In this document: piece by piece, positions 17,561 to 27,052 of the stretch | Position numbering within the stretch: the first letter of the stretch is position 1 | Layout of the letters: each line of letters begins with the position of its first letter | Assembly: GCA_038061865.1 (NCBI GenBank) | Contig: JBBTYI010000011.1 | Coordinates: 1 to 48,586, forward strand | Source of the DNA: Patescibacteria group bacterium | GTDB lineage: Bacteria > Patescibacteriota > Minisyncoccia > 2-02-FULL-40-12 > IGHO2-01-FULL-4-A | Direction: 5' to 3' | DNA length: 48,586 bases | Made by a program: the position numbers and the translations under genes | Notes under the pieces: generated by a model | What the model was told of the DNA's origin: nothing | The model's database searches: none | What the model saw: only the letters and a program-made list of their open reading frames with translations

Positions 17561-18022
17561 CTAATTTACTTCGCCGCCGGCTTTTAATATTTTTTCCCTT
17601 GCCGCCGCCGAAACCTTCAGTTTCGAAATAATCAATTTTTTCTTCAATTCTCCAGTTCCCAAAATCTTGATTCCATTTTTAGCTGTCCTAACTATACCCT
17701 TTTTAACCAAATTTTTGGCTGTGACCTTATCGCCTTCATGAAAATTGGAATCCAATTTTTCCAGACTAACCGTGCTGGGTTTGGGTCGGCGCAGCTGGAA
17801 AAAGGCATGCTTGATATCGGTTTTTTTGCCGGCGCCGCGCTGTTTCGGGAAAAGTTTCCAAAGCGGATTGTCGCCGCCCCGAAAACCCGGTCGGATGCGA
17901 TGGCCGGCGCGGGACTTTTGTCCCTTGGAACCGCGGCCGGAGAAAGTGCCTTTTTTGCCGCCCCGGCCGACGCGTTTGCGGTCTTTATGTTTAATTGTCG
18001 GCTTTAATTGATGTAGTTGCAT
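17561..18022 (-). CDS. rplO: 50S ribosomal protein L15
   Basis: RVGRGGKKGTFSGRGSKGQKSR. Confidence 0.96.
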   Translation of the reverse strand: MQLHQLKPTIKHKDRKRVGRGGKKGTFSGRGSKGQKSRAGHRIRPGFRGGDNPLWKLFPKQRGAGKKTDIKHAFFQLRRPKPSTVSLEKLDSNFHEGDKVTAKNLVKKGIVRTAKNGIKILGTGELKKKLIISKLKVSAAAREKILKAGGEVN

Positions 18023-18530
18023 GTTGATTCTTCACTTTCAATTTTCTTAACGCTTCAATGGTCGCTCGGGCGATGTTGATTTTATTGCCGGTTCTTTCAA
18101 TCAGCTTGGCGGTAATGTTTTCAATGCCGGCCAGCTTAGCCACGACGCGCACCGGACCGCCGGCTTTGACGCCGCTGCCGGGAGGCGCCGGTTTGAGCAA
18201 AACCACAGCGCTGGAATATTTCTCCGCAATTTCATGCGGAATCGTTCCCTTGGTCAAAGACACGATAATCAAATCCTTTTTAGCTTGGTGGGTGGCCTTG
18301 GCCACTGATTGAGCCACGTCCCTGCCTTGAGCGGTGCCGACGCCGACTTTGCCCTTGCCGTCGCCGATTGCCACGGTTGCCCGGAAACTGAAACGCTTGC
18401 CGCCTTTGGTGACGCGGGTTACCCGGGCGATGTCCAAAACCTTGGAATCATATTCCGACTTTTCTCTGGGCTGGCGCGGCCGGCGGTCCCCCCGGCCGCT
18501 GTTATTTTGTTGTTTAAATTGTTGCCTCAT
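17991..18530 (-). CDS. rpsE: 30S ribosomal protein S5
   Basis: RVTRVTKGGKRFSF; start taken at MRQQF. Confidence 0.96.
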   Translation of the reverse strand: MRQQFKQQNNSGRGDRRPRQPREKSEYDSKVLDIARVTRVTKGGKRFSFRATVAIGDGKGKVGVGTAQGRDVAQSVAKATHQAKKDLIIVSLTKGTIPHEIAEKYSSAVVLLKPAPPGSGVKAGGPVRVVAKLAGIENITAKLIERTGNKINIARATIEALRKLKVKNQHATTSIKADN

Positions 18531-18552
18531 AAACTTTAAATGTCTGAATATT

Positions 18553-18909
18553 TTAAAATTTAATTCCGCCTTTGCGCAAACCCTCGGCCAGGGCTTTGAC
18601 CCGGCCGTGATATTTGTAGCCGCCGCGGTCAAAAACGATCCTGGTCACACCGGCTTCTTTCAGTTTATCAGCCAAGCTTTTGCCAATTGCTCCGGCTAGG
18701 TCAGTTTTCTTGCCTTTCATTTTGCTTTTTTTCTCGGACACGATTTTACTGCTAACCAGGGTTTTGCCGATACTGTCGTCAACGGCTTGGACGAAAATAT
18801 GGCGGTTGCTCCGGAAAACCGAAATCCGCGGCACGATTGCCGTGCCAGATACTCTAGCTCTGACCCGTTTATGCCGTCTTATTCTTTTTTGCCGTTTGCT
18901 GTTTTCCAT
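18553..18909 (-). CDS. rplR: 50S ribosomal protein L18
   Basis: PRISVFRSN and FDRGGYKYHGRV. Confidence 0.96.
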   Translation of the reverse strand: MENSKRQKRIRRHKRVRARVSGTAIVPRISVFRSNRHIFVQAVDDSIGKTLVSSKIVSEKKSKMKGKKTDLAGAIGKSLADKLKEAGVTRIVFDRGGYKYHGRVKALAEGLRKGGIKF

Positions 18910-18925
18910 ATTCAAATATTTAAAG

Positions 18926-19459
18926 TTACGCCCCGGTTACGGCTTTCTTGCCGGCCTTTCTGATAATCGTTTCGTCGGCGTATTTGATGCCGGTGCCTTT
19001 GTAGGGCTCGGGCGGCCGGGCGGCGCGGATTTTGGCGGCCGTTTGGCCGACGGCTTCGTTGTCCATACCTGTTACTTTAATCAGGTTTTTTTCAACTTGG
19101 AAACTGACGCCCGCCGGCGCTTTGATGACCACCGGATTAGTATAGCCCAAACTCAATTCCAGTTCCTGGCCCTTGGCTTGGGCTTTGTAACCAACGCCGC
19201 TGAATTCCAGCACTGTTTCAAAACCGGCCGAAACGCCTTTGATCATATTGTTCAAGAGCGCCCGGCACAAGCCCCAGGTTTTATTATTCCCGTCCTTGAC
19301 TGAAACCCAAACCTTGCCATTCTCAATTTTAAATTCGGCCGCTTCCGAGAATCGCCTGACCAGTTCGCCTTGCGGGCCCCGGACATTGACGTTTGCGCCG
19401 TCAACCCTTATCGCCACGCCCGCTGGAATTACAATTGATTTTTTGCCGATTCTGCTCAT
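18926..19459 (-). CDS. rplF: 50S ribosomal protein L6
   Basis: MSRIGK and PEPYKGTGI. Confidence 0.97.
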   Translation of the reverse strand: MSRIGKKSIVIPAGVAIRVDGANVNVRGPQGELVRRFSEAAEFKIENGKVWVSVKDGNNKTWGLCRALLNNMIKGVSAGFETVLEFSGVGYKAQAKGQELELSLGYTNPVVIKAPAGVSFQVEKNLIKVTGMDNEAVGQTAAKIRAARPPEPYKGTGIKYADETIIRKAGKKAVTGA

Positions 19460-19460
19460 A

Positions 19461-19859
19461 TTACCAGATTTCAAAAAGGATCTCTCCCCCCACTCCGGCT
19501 TTTCTGGCTTCCTGACCGGTCATTAAGCCTTTGGAAGTGGAAACAACGGCGATGCCGAAACCGCTTTTAACCGGGTAGAGTTTAAGCTTGCCGCCATAAA
19601 CGCGCCGCGACGATTTGGAAATTAGTTTAATGCCGTTGATGGCGCCGGCGCCGTCAGTGTATTTCAACTTCAGTTGAAGATAAGGTATTTCCGCTTGCCG
19701 CGCTTTCCTCATTTTTTTCTCAACTTCAACGATAAAACCTTTGTCTTTCAAAATCCTGGCAATCTCCAGCTTGAGATTGGAAAAGGGAACGGCAATATTT
19801 TCCGCTCCGACGGCTTGCGCGTTTTTCAGTTGAACTAACAGGTTGGCAATAGTAGTCAT
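19461..19859 (-). CDS. rpsH: 30S ribosomal protein S8
   Basis: GIAVVSTSKGLMT...GVGGE. Confidence 0.96.
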   Translation of the reverse strand: MTTIANLLVQLKNAQAVGAENIAVPFSNLKLEIARILKDKGFIVEVEKKMRKARQAEIPYLQLKLKYTDGAGAINGIKLISKSSRRVYGGKLKLYPVKSGFGIAVVSTSKGLMTGQEARKAGVGGEILFEIW

Positions 19860-19884
19860 GAATAACTATATTTAAATATTGATT

Positions 19885-20070
19885 TCACCAGCTTGACTTC
19901 TGAACTCCGGGCAATAATCCGTCACTGGCCAATTCCCGGAAGTGGATCCGGCACAAACCGAATTTTCTCAAGTAGCCATGCCGGCGGCCGCAGATAAAAC
20001 AGCGGTTGACCTGCCGCACCTTGAACTTTGGTTTTTTTTTCGCTCTTGCTTTTACTGCTTCAGTAGCCAT
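19885..20070 (-). CDS. rpsN: 30S ribosomal protein S14, short zinc type (CxxC...CxxH)
   Basis: RCFICGR...GLCRIHFRE...PGV.KSSW. Confidence 0.95.
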   Translation of the reverse strand: MATEAVKARAKKKPKFKVRQVNRCFICGRRHGYLRKFGLCRIHFRELASDGLLPGVQKSSW

Positions 20071-20077
20071 AGGCGTT

Positions 20078-20626
20078 TTAAGTTTTTACGGGAAATCCCA
20101 TCAATCTTAATAACTCCATCCCTTCGGCTTGGCTCTTGGCGGTGGTGACAATGCTGATTTCTAAACCGAAAATATCTTTCAGCGACTCATAAATCACCTC
20201 CGGGAAAATATTGTGTTCTTTGACGCCGATATTGAGACTGCCGTGCTGGTCAAAGGACTGGGAGTCAAGACCGCGAAAATCGCGGGTTCTGGGCAGGGCA
20301 ATGGAAATTAATCTATCTATAAAATCATACATCCGCCGGCCGCGCAAGGTTACCAGCAGGCCGATTTCCAGACCCTGGCGGAGTTTAAAGCCGGCTATAG
20401 ATTTTTTGGCTTGGCGGATGGCTGGTTTCTGGCCGGTCAGCTTGGCCAGATCTTGGCCGATTTTTTCAATGGCTTTGGTCTCTTTAGCCACGGCTTTTCG
20501 GCCAAAGCCGACGTTAACCACCACTTTGCTGATCTTGGGCACGGCCATGACATTTGGGTAACCGAATTTCGCCCGCAGGCCGGGGATAACTTCCTTTCGG
20601 TATTTAGTTAATAATCTCGGGACCAT
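20078..20626 (-). CDS. rplE: 50S ribosomal protein L5
   Basis: [16 protein letters not shown] and LPRTRDFRG. Confidence 0.97.
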   Translation of the reverse strand: MVPRLLTKYRKEVIPGLRAKFGYPNVMAVPKISKVVVNVGFGRKAVAKETKAIEKIGQDLAKLTGQKPAIRQAKKSIAGFKLRQGLEIGLLVTLRGRRMYDFIDRLISIALPRTRDFRGLDSQSFDQHGSLNIGVKEHNIFPEVIYESLKDIFGLEISIVTTAKSQAEGMELLRLMGFPVKT

Positions 20627-20627
20627 A

Positions 20628-20667
20628 TTTAAATATTTAAATGTTTAAATGTTTAAATGTTTAAACA
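20628..20667. repeat. Five-copy 8-bp tandem repeat TTTAAAT(G/A) filling the rplX-rplE gap
   Basis: tttaaata tttaaatg tttaaatg tttaaatg tttaaaca. Confidence 0.85.
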
Positions 20668-20973
20668 TTATATATCGCTGCCGCACTTTTTACAGATCCT
20701 TAATTTCTGTTCACTCTCAATTTTATGGCCGACGCGAGTCGCTTTGCCGCACTTGGGGCAAATCAACTGGACAATGGATACATTCACGGCGCGTTCCTTA
20801 CTGATAATTTGCCCTTTCTGGCCTTCGCGTTTAGCCCGCAAATGTTTTTTGATCAAGTTTAATCCTTCAACCACCACTTTGTTCTCGCTCGGGAAAACAA
20901 ACAAAACTTTGCCCGTCTGGCCGCGGTTTTTACCGGATAGCATTATTACGTTGTCATCTTTCCTTAACTTCAA
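20668..20973 (-). CDS. rplX: 50S ribosomal protein L24
   Basis: SGKNRGQTGKV and VVVEGLN; TTG start. Confidence 0.95.
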   Translation of the reverse strand: MKLRKDDNVIMLSGKNRGQTGKVLFVFPSENKVVVEGLNLIKKHLRAKREGQKGQIISKERAVNVSIVQLICPKCGKATRVGHKIESEQKLRICKKCGSDI

Positions 20974-20989
20974 GGTTATAGGTTATAGG

Positions 20990-21355
20990 TTAAACGATTT
21001 CCTGCGCCAAACTGGCAATGGTGTCAAACCCCCGCTCTTTGATTTCCCGCGGTATCGGCCCGAAGACCCGACCGCCTTTTGGTTCTTTGCCTTCAAGCAA
21101 AACCACGGCATTGTCGTCAAACCGAATGTAGCTGCCGTCCCGGCGGCGGAAATTATTGCGCTGGCGGACCACTACCGCCCGAACTACGTCTTTTTTCTTG
21201 ACTGGTTTGCGCGGCTCGGCGATTTTAACTGAAGCCACGACGATATCGCCGAGTTGAGCGTAACGGTGCTTGGAACCGCCCAAAACTTTAATTACGCCAA
21301 GCTTTTTGGCGCCAGAATTATCAGCTACATTCACAATTGATCGTAGTTGGATCAT
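20990..21355 (-). CDS. rplN: 50S ribosomal protein L14
   Basis: VADNSGAK and IRFDDNA. Confidence 0.98.
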   Translation of the reverse strand: MIQLRSIVNVADNSGAKKLGVIKVLGGSKHRYAQLGDIVVASVKIAEPRKPVKKKDVVRAVVVRQRNNFRRRDGSYIRFDDNAVVLLEGKEPKGGRVFGPIPREIKERGFDTIASLAQEIV

Positions 21356-21356
21356 G

Positions 21357-21605
21357 TTATTGTTTTCCCACGACCTGCCAACGTTTCTCTTTCGACATTG
21401 GGCGGGTTTCTTGGATCAGTACTTTGTCGCCAATACGGTATTCGCTTTTTTCGTCGTGAGCCTTAAATCGTTTGGTAACCTTGTAATACTTTTTATATTT
21501 GGGGTGTTTGACCAGCCGAGTTACGGCCACGACAACAGTTTTCTGCATTTTGTCGGAAACGATTATCCCCCGGAGTGTTTTATTTTTTTTGTTTTCTTTA
21601 TCCAT
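21357..21605 (-). CDS. rpsQ: 30S ribosomal protein S17
   Basis: [16 protein letters not shown] and ETRPMSK. Confidence 0.97.
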   Translation of the reverse strand: MDKENKKNKTLRGIIVSDKMQKTVVVAVTRLVKHPKYKKYYKVTKRFKAHDEKSEYRIGDKVLIQETRPMSKEKRWQVVGKQ

Positions 21606-21617
21606 GTTTTTTTAATT

Positions 21618-21815
21618 CTATTTGTTATTTCCTACTTTCTCATTCAGGGCGGTCATCACCCGGGCGATTTCTTTTTTGACTTTGCCGATTTGGCTGGAAT
21701 CTTTCAGCGCTTTGTTAGCCAGTTCAAACCTGAACTTGCCTAGTTTGATTCTGGCTTCTTTGAGCAACTCCTGCAGTTCGGCAATATTTTTGTTTTGTAA
21801 GTCAGTAAATTTCAT
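21618..21815 (-). CDS. rpmC: 50S ribosomal protein L29
   Basis: KKEIARVMT and operon position. Confidence 0.93.
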   Translation of the reverse strand: MKFTDLQNKNIAELQELLKEARIKLGKFRFELANKALKDSSQIGKVKKEIARVMTALNEKVGNNK

Positions 21816-21845
21816 TTATTCAAAAGTGTCGATGACTGTTAATAG

Positions 21846-21922
21846 ATTCGCGTGCACTACAAACGATTCGCATGCGCTATTCGTAAGCGTATGTAACCAC
21901 TATTTGTAAGTGTACCCGACTA
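21846..21922. repeat. 77-bp dispersed repeat, copy A, starting at the rplP TAG
   Basis: 71/77 identical to 26599-26675. Confidence 0.9.
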
Positions 21923-22324
21923 CTTCTTAACAAATTTAGTTTTAATCGGCAGTTTGTGGCCGGCCAAACGGAAAGCCGCTTGGGCGGCGGCTTCGGGCAC
22001 GCCGTCCATTTCAAACAGTATTCGCCCGGCTTCGGCCACGGCGATAAAATGCGACAGTGAGCCGGCGCCGCCGCCCATGCCGACTTCGGCGCCTTTTTGG
22101 GTGCGCGGTTTGTCGGGAAAAACCCTGATCCAGACTTTGCCGCCGCGCTTGATAAAATGGGTAATCGCCCGCCGCGCCGCTTCCAGCTGGGTGGATTTCA
22201 GCCAACCGGACTCGGTGGCTTTCAAGCCATAGCTGCCGAAACTTAAATAATGGCCGCGGGTGGCAACGGCTTTGATTTTACCGCCATGAACTTTCCGATG
22301 TTTTATACGTTTTGGCTGTAACAT
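21920..22324 (-). CDS. rplP: 50S ribosomal protein L16
   Basis: MLQPKR, QLEAARRA and WIRVFPDKP. Confidence 0.97.
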   Translation of the reverse strand: MLQPKRIKHRKVHGGKIKAVATRGHYLSFGSYGLKATESGWLKSTQLEAARRAITHFIKRGGKVWIRVFPDKPRTQKGAEVGMGGGAGSLSHFIAVAEAGRILFEMDGVPEAAAQAAFRLAGHKLPIKTKFVKK

Positions 22325-22346
22325 AACCTTTAAATGCTTAAATATT

Positions 22347-22979
22347 TCAAAATTTTAGTCCCTTATAAATCCAAATCTTTATGCCGACTGTGCCATAACT
22401 GGTAAAGGCCGTGGCGCGAGCGTAATCAACGTCGGCGCGCAGGGTTTGCAGGGGCAAACTGCCTTGTTCCAAGTGTTCGGTGCGGGCGATTTCCCTGCCG
22501 TCCAGTCGGCCGGCGATCATGATCTTCGCCCCCTTGACCGTTTTGCCAGCGGTTATCTTGGACAAAGTTTGCTTCATAACTCTTCGGAAAGGAATTCTTT
22601 TTTCAATCTGTTCGGCCATTGCTTCAGCCATGATCGTCGCCGAACTTTCCGGATTTTTGAATTCCTGGACGTCCAGCCGAACCGCCGTCCTGCGTTTGAT
22701 TAATTTCTGCAAAGCGGTTTTCAGATCTTCAATGCCGGTGCCGCCGCGGCCGATGATCAGGCCCGGTCGGGCAGTGCGAATGATAATTGATAAAACGTCC
22801 GGACTGCGCTCAAGCTCCACCCGGTCTACGCTCATATTTTTCAGTTTCTGGTTTAAGAACTGCCGGATGGCTAAGTCCTCTTGTAAAAACTCCTGGTATT
22901 TTTTATTGCCAAACCAGCGGGATTTCCAATCCTTATTAGCGCTTAGTCTTAATGAAATTGGTGATACTTTCTGCCCCAT
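22347..22979 (-). CDS. rpsC: 30S ribosomal protein S3
   Basis: MGQKVSP, RPGLIIGRGG and PLQTLRAD. Confidence 0.97.
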   Translation of the reverse strand: MGQKVSPISLRLSANKDWKSRWFGNKKYQEFLQEDLAIRQFLNQKLKNMSVDRVELERSPDVLSIIIRTARPGLIIGRGGTGIEDLKTALQKLIKRRTAVRLDVQEFKNPESSATIMAEAMAEQIEKRIPFRRVMKQTLSKITAGKTVKGAKIMIAGRLDGREIARTEHLEQGSLPLQTLRADVDYARATAFTSYGTVGIKIWIYKGLKF

Positions 22980-22998
22980 TGCTATCGTTGATTTAATG

Positions 22999-23529
22999 TT
23001 ATATTGCTTTTCGCCTGAAAAATCTTCGCATTCCCTTCAGTCCGCCGAAAACTCCTTTCTGCTTGGTTTCCGCGGCCGGTGGTTTGACGTCCCGGTGCCG
23101 AGATTGCTCTTTGCGTTGAGCCACACTGGTTTTTTCAGGACTTGGCTCAACGCGCCGTTCAATTTCGGCGCGGGGACGCTCAATTCGCATCCCCGGCACC
23201 CGCTCATCCAAGATAATTCCGATATGGGAAGTTTTTTTCTCGATTGGCGAAGTCATACCGAAACCCTTGGGCCGAAAACGCTTTAATTTTGGCCCTTCAT
23301 TCACAATCACTTGCTTAATATACAGATTTTCTTTGACTAGGCCAAAATTATTATGGGCGTTAGCCAAAGCCGAGTCCAACAGCTTGGCCAGCGGCCGGCC
23401 GGCTTTTTTAGTCAAATGTTCCAAATGGCTTTTAGCCCGAGCCACATTCAAATTCTTAAGCGGACCCGCCAGTAAACGGACTTTTCGGGGAGCAATTCTT
23501 AAATTGTTCAGTTGGGCTTTGACTTGCAT
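22999..23529 (-). CDS. rplV: 50S ribosomal protein L22 with a long C-terminal extension
   Basis: RIAPRKVRL, SALANA and KKTSHI; start taken at MQVKAQL. Confidence 0.95.
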   Translation of the reverse strand: MQVKAQLNNLRIAPRKVRLLAGPLKNLNVARAKSHLEHLTKKAGRPLAKLLDSALANAHNNFGLVKENLYIKQVIVNEGPKLKRFRPKGFGMTSPIEKKTSHIGIILDERVPGMRIERPRAEIERRVEPSPEKTSVAQRKEQSRHRDVKPPAAETKQKGVFGGLKGMRRFFRRKAI

Positions 23530-23530
23530 G

Positions 23531-23872
23531 CTATTGCTTTTTCTCGGGTTCCACCTTTGCCGCCTGGGCGGACTCAATTTCTTTTTGTTTAGCCGTTGCT
23601 TCCAATTCTCTTTGCATCCGGCCGCCGTGCCTGACGAATTTGCGCGTCGGCGCGAACTCGCCCAATTTATGGCCAACCATATCTTCACTAATGAAAACGG
23701 GCAGATGGAGCTTACCGTTGTGGACGCCGAAAGTAAAACCCACCATTTCCGGCGTGATGGTTGACGCCCGCGCCCAAGTCTTGATTACGGTTTTATCGCC
23801 CACTCTCAATTTACCCAATTTCTTGAGCAATTTCTGATCAACATATACTCCTTTTTTCGTACTCCTAGACAT
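23531..23872 (-). CDS. rpsS: 30S ribosomal protein S19
   Basis: KTWARAS, VHNGK and MVGHKLGEF. Confidence 0.97.
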   Translation of the reverse strand: MSRSTKKGVYVDQKLLKKLGKLRVGDKTVIKTWARASTITPEMVGFTFGVHNGKLHLPVFISEDMVGHKLGEFAPTRKFVRHGGRMQRELEATAKQKEIESAQAAKVEPEKKQ

Positions 23873-23888
23873 AATTCGTGCGTTCTTT

Positions 23889-23943
23889 ATTCGTATGCAC
23901 TATGAATTATTCGCATGCACTATTCGTCAAGCGTATGTAACTA
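23889..23943. repeat. Shorter, diverged copy C of the 77-bp repeat, starting at the rplB TAG
   Basis: attcgtatgcacta...attcgcatgcactattcgtcaagcgtatgtaacta. Confidence 0.75.
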
Positions 23944-24768
23944 TTTTTTCCTTCGTCTGATAATAAACTTTCCTGATTTCTTTTTTCGGTTTCGAGTCTT
24001 CACACCGCGGGCTGGTTTGCCCCAAGGCGTTTTCGGTCCGGGCAGACCGATCGGCTGTCGGCCTTCGCCGCCGCCATGCGGATGGTCAACCGGATTTTTG
24101 GCCGTGCCCCGCCCCCACGGCCGAATGCCCAAATATCTGGCCCGGCCGGCTTTACCCAAGCTGATGGAACTGTGTTCAATATTGGATAAGCGGCCGACGG
24201 AAGCCATCACCTCGCCGCTGAATATCCTGATTTCCGAGGAAGGCAGAACTATTTGGACGTGTTTGCCTTCATGCGCCAATACCGTTGCCGCCGCTCCGGC
24301 CGAACGGATCAACCGGCCGCCTTGGCCGGGCTGGATTTCCAGATTGTGGATCAAGGTGCCTTGCGGGATATTTTTCAGCTTCATCCGGTTGCCCGGTTCA
24401 AGCGAAGTTTTCTCGGCGGTCACCAACCGGTCGCCAACCTTCATGCCGTCGGGCGCCAGGACATAGCGTTTTTCGCCATCGGCATAATGCAGACGGGCAA
24501 TGCGGACGGTGCGGTTAGGATCGTATTCTATTGAAAAAACTTCAGCCGGAATATTCAGTTTATCTTGCTTAAAATCAATCAGGCGATAGAGACGTTTAAC
24601 GCCGCCGCCGCGGTGGTAGCTGGTTACCCGGCCTTGATTGTTGCGGCCGACCGAACGTCGAAAACCGCCAGTCAGTTTTTTAAGCGGTTCGATTTTGGAC
24701 AAATTGGAAAAATCATAACCGATCATCTGTCGGCGTCCGGGAGTTGTGGGTTTGTAGTATTTAGGCAT
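23941..24768 (-). CDS. rplB: 50S ribosomal protein L2
   Basis: IEYDPNR and NPVDHPHGGGEG. Confidence 0.98.
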   Translation of the reverse strand: MPKYYKPTTPGRRQMIGYDFSNLSKIEPLKKLTGGFRRSVGRNNQGRVTSYHRGGGVKRLYRLIDFKQDKLNIPAEVFSIEYDPNRTVRIARLHYADGEKRYVLAPDGMKVGDRLVTAEKTSLEPGNRMKLKNIPQGTLIHNLEIQPGQGGRLIRSAGAAATVLAHEGKHVQIVLPSSEIRIFSGEVMASVGRLSNIEHSSISLGKAGRARYLGIRPWGRGTAKNPVDHPHGGGEGRQPIGLPGPKTPWGKPARGVKTRNRKKKSGKFIIRRRKK

Positions 24769-24779
24769 AAGTGTAAAAC

Positions 24780-25166
24780 TCAACTTGAAATATCTATCTT
24801 ATCTCCTTCCACCAGGGTGACAATCGCTTTTTTGAAACCCGGCCGGAAGCCGGTCGTCCGGCCCAGCCGTCTGGCTTTAGCCGGCATTGACAGCACTGCT
24901 ACCTTATTAACCTTAACCTTGTACAATTTCTCAATCGCTTTCCTGATTTCAATCTTATTGCTGTCGCTTCCGACTCGGAAAACGTATTTATTCAAACCGG
25001 CCATCAGGCCGGCTTTTTCGGTTTGGTGCGGCGCCAAAATCATTTGATAAGCCCGGGCGTCCTCGCCAACCGGTAAAACAGTTTTCGCTTTAATTTTCTC
25101 CCCGACTGCTTCCGGCAGTTCTTCGTTTTTTATTTCTTTTTCTTTTTTCTTTCCAAAAATCGCCAT
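24780..25166 (-). CDS. rplW: 50S ribosomal protein L23 with N-terminal extension
   Basis: TEKA, NKIEIRKAIE and KKAIVTL. Confidence 0.95.
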   Translation of the reverse strand: MAIFGKKKEKEIKNEELPEAVGEKIKAKTVLPVGEDARAYQMILAPHQTEKAGLMAGLNKYVFRVGSDSNKIEIRKAIEKLYKVKVNKVAVLSMPAKARRLGRTTGFRPGFKKAIVTLVEGDKIDISS

Positions 25167-25198
25167 AATTCCATTAGCGTTATTCGTATATCAGTGCA

Positions 25199-25858
25199 TC
25201 ATATTTTGTAAGTCTTCTCAATCACCGCCACGGCGTCTTTCAGCATAATCAGATATTTATTTCCCAAAACTTCACCAATGTTCAAACTGTCGGCCGGCCG
25301 GACTCCGGCGAAAGGCAAATTGCCGACTGCTCGGACAATGCCCCGGTTGGCGCTGGGCGTTACCAGTAAAATTGAATCATTTTTCTTTCCACCCCGGCGG
25401 TAGCCCGCCAGGTTGGCGGAAATATTTTTGAAAAAGCCGGCCGCTGCTTTGGTTTTCATATTCTCAAAGCGCAAATCGTCCAGCATTAAAAATTCGCCGT
25501 CCCTGACTTTGGAAGACAAGACCATAAACAAAGCCCGGCGCTTCATCGTTTTGTTGATTTTCTTTTTGAAATTGCGCTCTTTGGTCGGGCCGAAAGTCAC
25601 GCCGCCGCCCCGCCAGATCGGCGAGCGGATGGAAGCATGCCGCGCCCGGCCGGTGCCCTTTTGGCGCCAGGGTTTTCGGCCGCCGCCGCGGACTTCCCCT
25701 CGCCCTTTGGTATGGGCAATCACTTGGCGGGCATTGGCCAATTGACTGGTTAACACTTGATGAACCAGATCGGGATTCAATTTCAAATCGAAAATCCGTT
25801 CGGGCAAATTGACTTCACCGATCACTTCGCCGCCTTGGTTGTATAGATTAACATTCAT
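25199..25858 (-). CDS. rplD: 50S ribosomal protein L4
   Basis: GGGRKPWRQKGTGRAR. Confidence 0.97.
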   Translation of the reverse strand: MNVNLYNQGGEVIGEVNLPERIFDLKLNPDLVHQVLTSQLANARQVIAHTKGRGEVRGGGRKPWRQKGTGRARHASIRSPIWRGGGVTFGPTKERNFKKKINKTMKRRALFMVLSSKVRDGEFLMLDDLRFENMKTKAAAGFFKNISANLAGYRRGGKKNDSILLVTPSANRGIVRAVGNLPFAGVRPADSLNIGEVLGNKYLIMLKDAVAVIEKTYKI

Positions 25859-25866
25859 AATTAATT

Positions 25867-26433
25867 TCAAATTTTAACTACCTCCAGCAGCGTTCCCCTT
25901 CTCCCCGGCACCGCCCCCTTGACTGCCAGTAGATTATTCTCCTTATCCACTGAGATAACTTTCAAGCCGCGGGTAGTCACTCGTTCACCGCCCATCCGTC
26001 CGGCCATGCGCATGCCTTTGAGGGTGTGCTGGGGAAAACGCTGACCGATGGAGCCGCCGTGGCGCAGAACGTGATGGTGGCCGTGGCTGGCCGGCATGCC
26101 GGCAAAGCCATGCCGCTTGACCACTCCCTGGAAACCCTTGCCTTTGGACAGCCCGCTGACTTTGACCACATCGCCGGCTTCAAAAACCGAAACGTCCAAG
26201 ACATCGCCGCGTTTTAATCCTTCGGCCGGCATCCGAAATTCTTTAATCCCCTTGTTTAATTTCTTGGCTTTCCCGAATCCGACTTGCACCGCTTCATAGC
26301 CGTTTTTATCCCGTTGGCGGATTTGGGTCACGGTCACCGGCCCGGCGGCAATCAAAGTTACCGGCACCACTATCCCGTCCTCCTGAAAGACCCTGGTCAT
26401 CCCGATTTTTCTGCCCAGAATGAATTTAGCCAC
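25867..26433 (-). CDS. rplC: 50S ribosomal protein L3
   Basis: KIGMT, SKGKGFQGVVKRH and KGAVPG; GTG start inferred. Confidence 0.96.
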   Translation of the reverse strand: MAKFILGRKIGMTRVFQEDGIVVPVTLIAAGPVTVTQIRQRDKNGYEAVQVGFGKAKKLNKGIKEFRMPAEGLKRGDVLDVSVFEAGDVVKVSGLSKGKGFQGVVKRHGFAGMPASHGHHHVLRHGGSIGQRFPQHTLKGMRMAGRMGGERVTTRGLKVISVDKENNLLAVKGAVPGRRGTLLEVVKI

Positions 26434-26440
26434 TTTGAAC

Positions 26441-26463
26441 AAAAAACCCAGACTTAGCTGGGC
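26441..26463 (-). terminator. Terminator/attenuator-like hairpin directly upstream of rplC
   Basis: GCCCAG-CTAAGT-CTGGGT-TTTTT. Confidence 0.5.
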
Positions 26464-26598
26464 ATTAAAAAACCATACTAAATCTAAGAATATAAATTAG
26501 GTTTTAATAAAAGTTAAAACCATTATTTGTTCTGTTACCACAGAGTGAAGTAACAGGTGCAGTTCCCCTAATAATAAGAAAATTACACCTGGCACCTT

Positions 26599-26675
26599 AT
26601 TCGTGTGCGCTACAAACGATTCGCATGCGCTATTTGTAAGCGTATGTAACCACTATTTGTAAGCGTATTCGACTA
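26599..26675. repeat. 77-bp dispersed repeat, copy B, starting at the rpsJ TAG
   Basis: 71/77 identical to 21846-21922. Confidence 0.9.
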
Positions 26676-27008
26676 CATTTTAATTTCAATATCTACACCG
26701 GCCGGCAGATTCAGGTTCATCAAGGAATCAATGATCTTGGGGTTGGGGGCGGTGATGTCAATCAGCCGTTTGTGGACGCGCATTTCAAATTGTTCGCGTG
26801 AATTTTTATCAATGAACGAAGCGCGGTTGACGGTATATTTGTGGATCTCGGTCGGCAAAGGCACCGGTCCGGTTACCTGACCGCCGTTTCTTTCAATGGT
26901 CTCAACGATCTGGCGAGCGGATTTATCAATCACTTTGTTATCGTAGGCCTTCAGTTTAATCCTGATCCGCTGGCTCAATTCCGGGATTTTTTCTTTTTTG
27001 GTCGGCAT
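26673..27008 (-). CDS. rpsJ: 30S ribosomal protein S10
   Basis: [16 protein letters not shown] and [14 protein letters not shown]. Confidence 0.98.
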   Translation of the reverse strand: MPTKKEKIPELSQRIRIKLKAYDNKVIDKSARQIVETIERNGGQVTGPVPLPTEIHKYTVNRASFIDKNSREQFEMRVHKRLIDITAPNPKIIDSLMNLNLPAGVDIEIKM

Positions 27009-27052
27009 TTTAACAATGAGCTAAAGAGCTAAAAGTTTAAATATTTAAACAT

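Noticed and set aside
21846-26675. 77-bp repeats as a CRISPR array or a DGR template/variable pair
   Set aside because: The copies are dispersed and non-coding, the differences are transitions not confined to adenines, and no reverse transcriptase is present.
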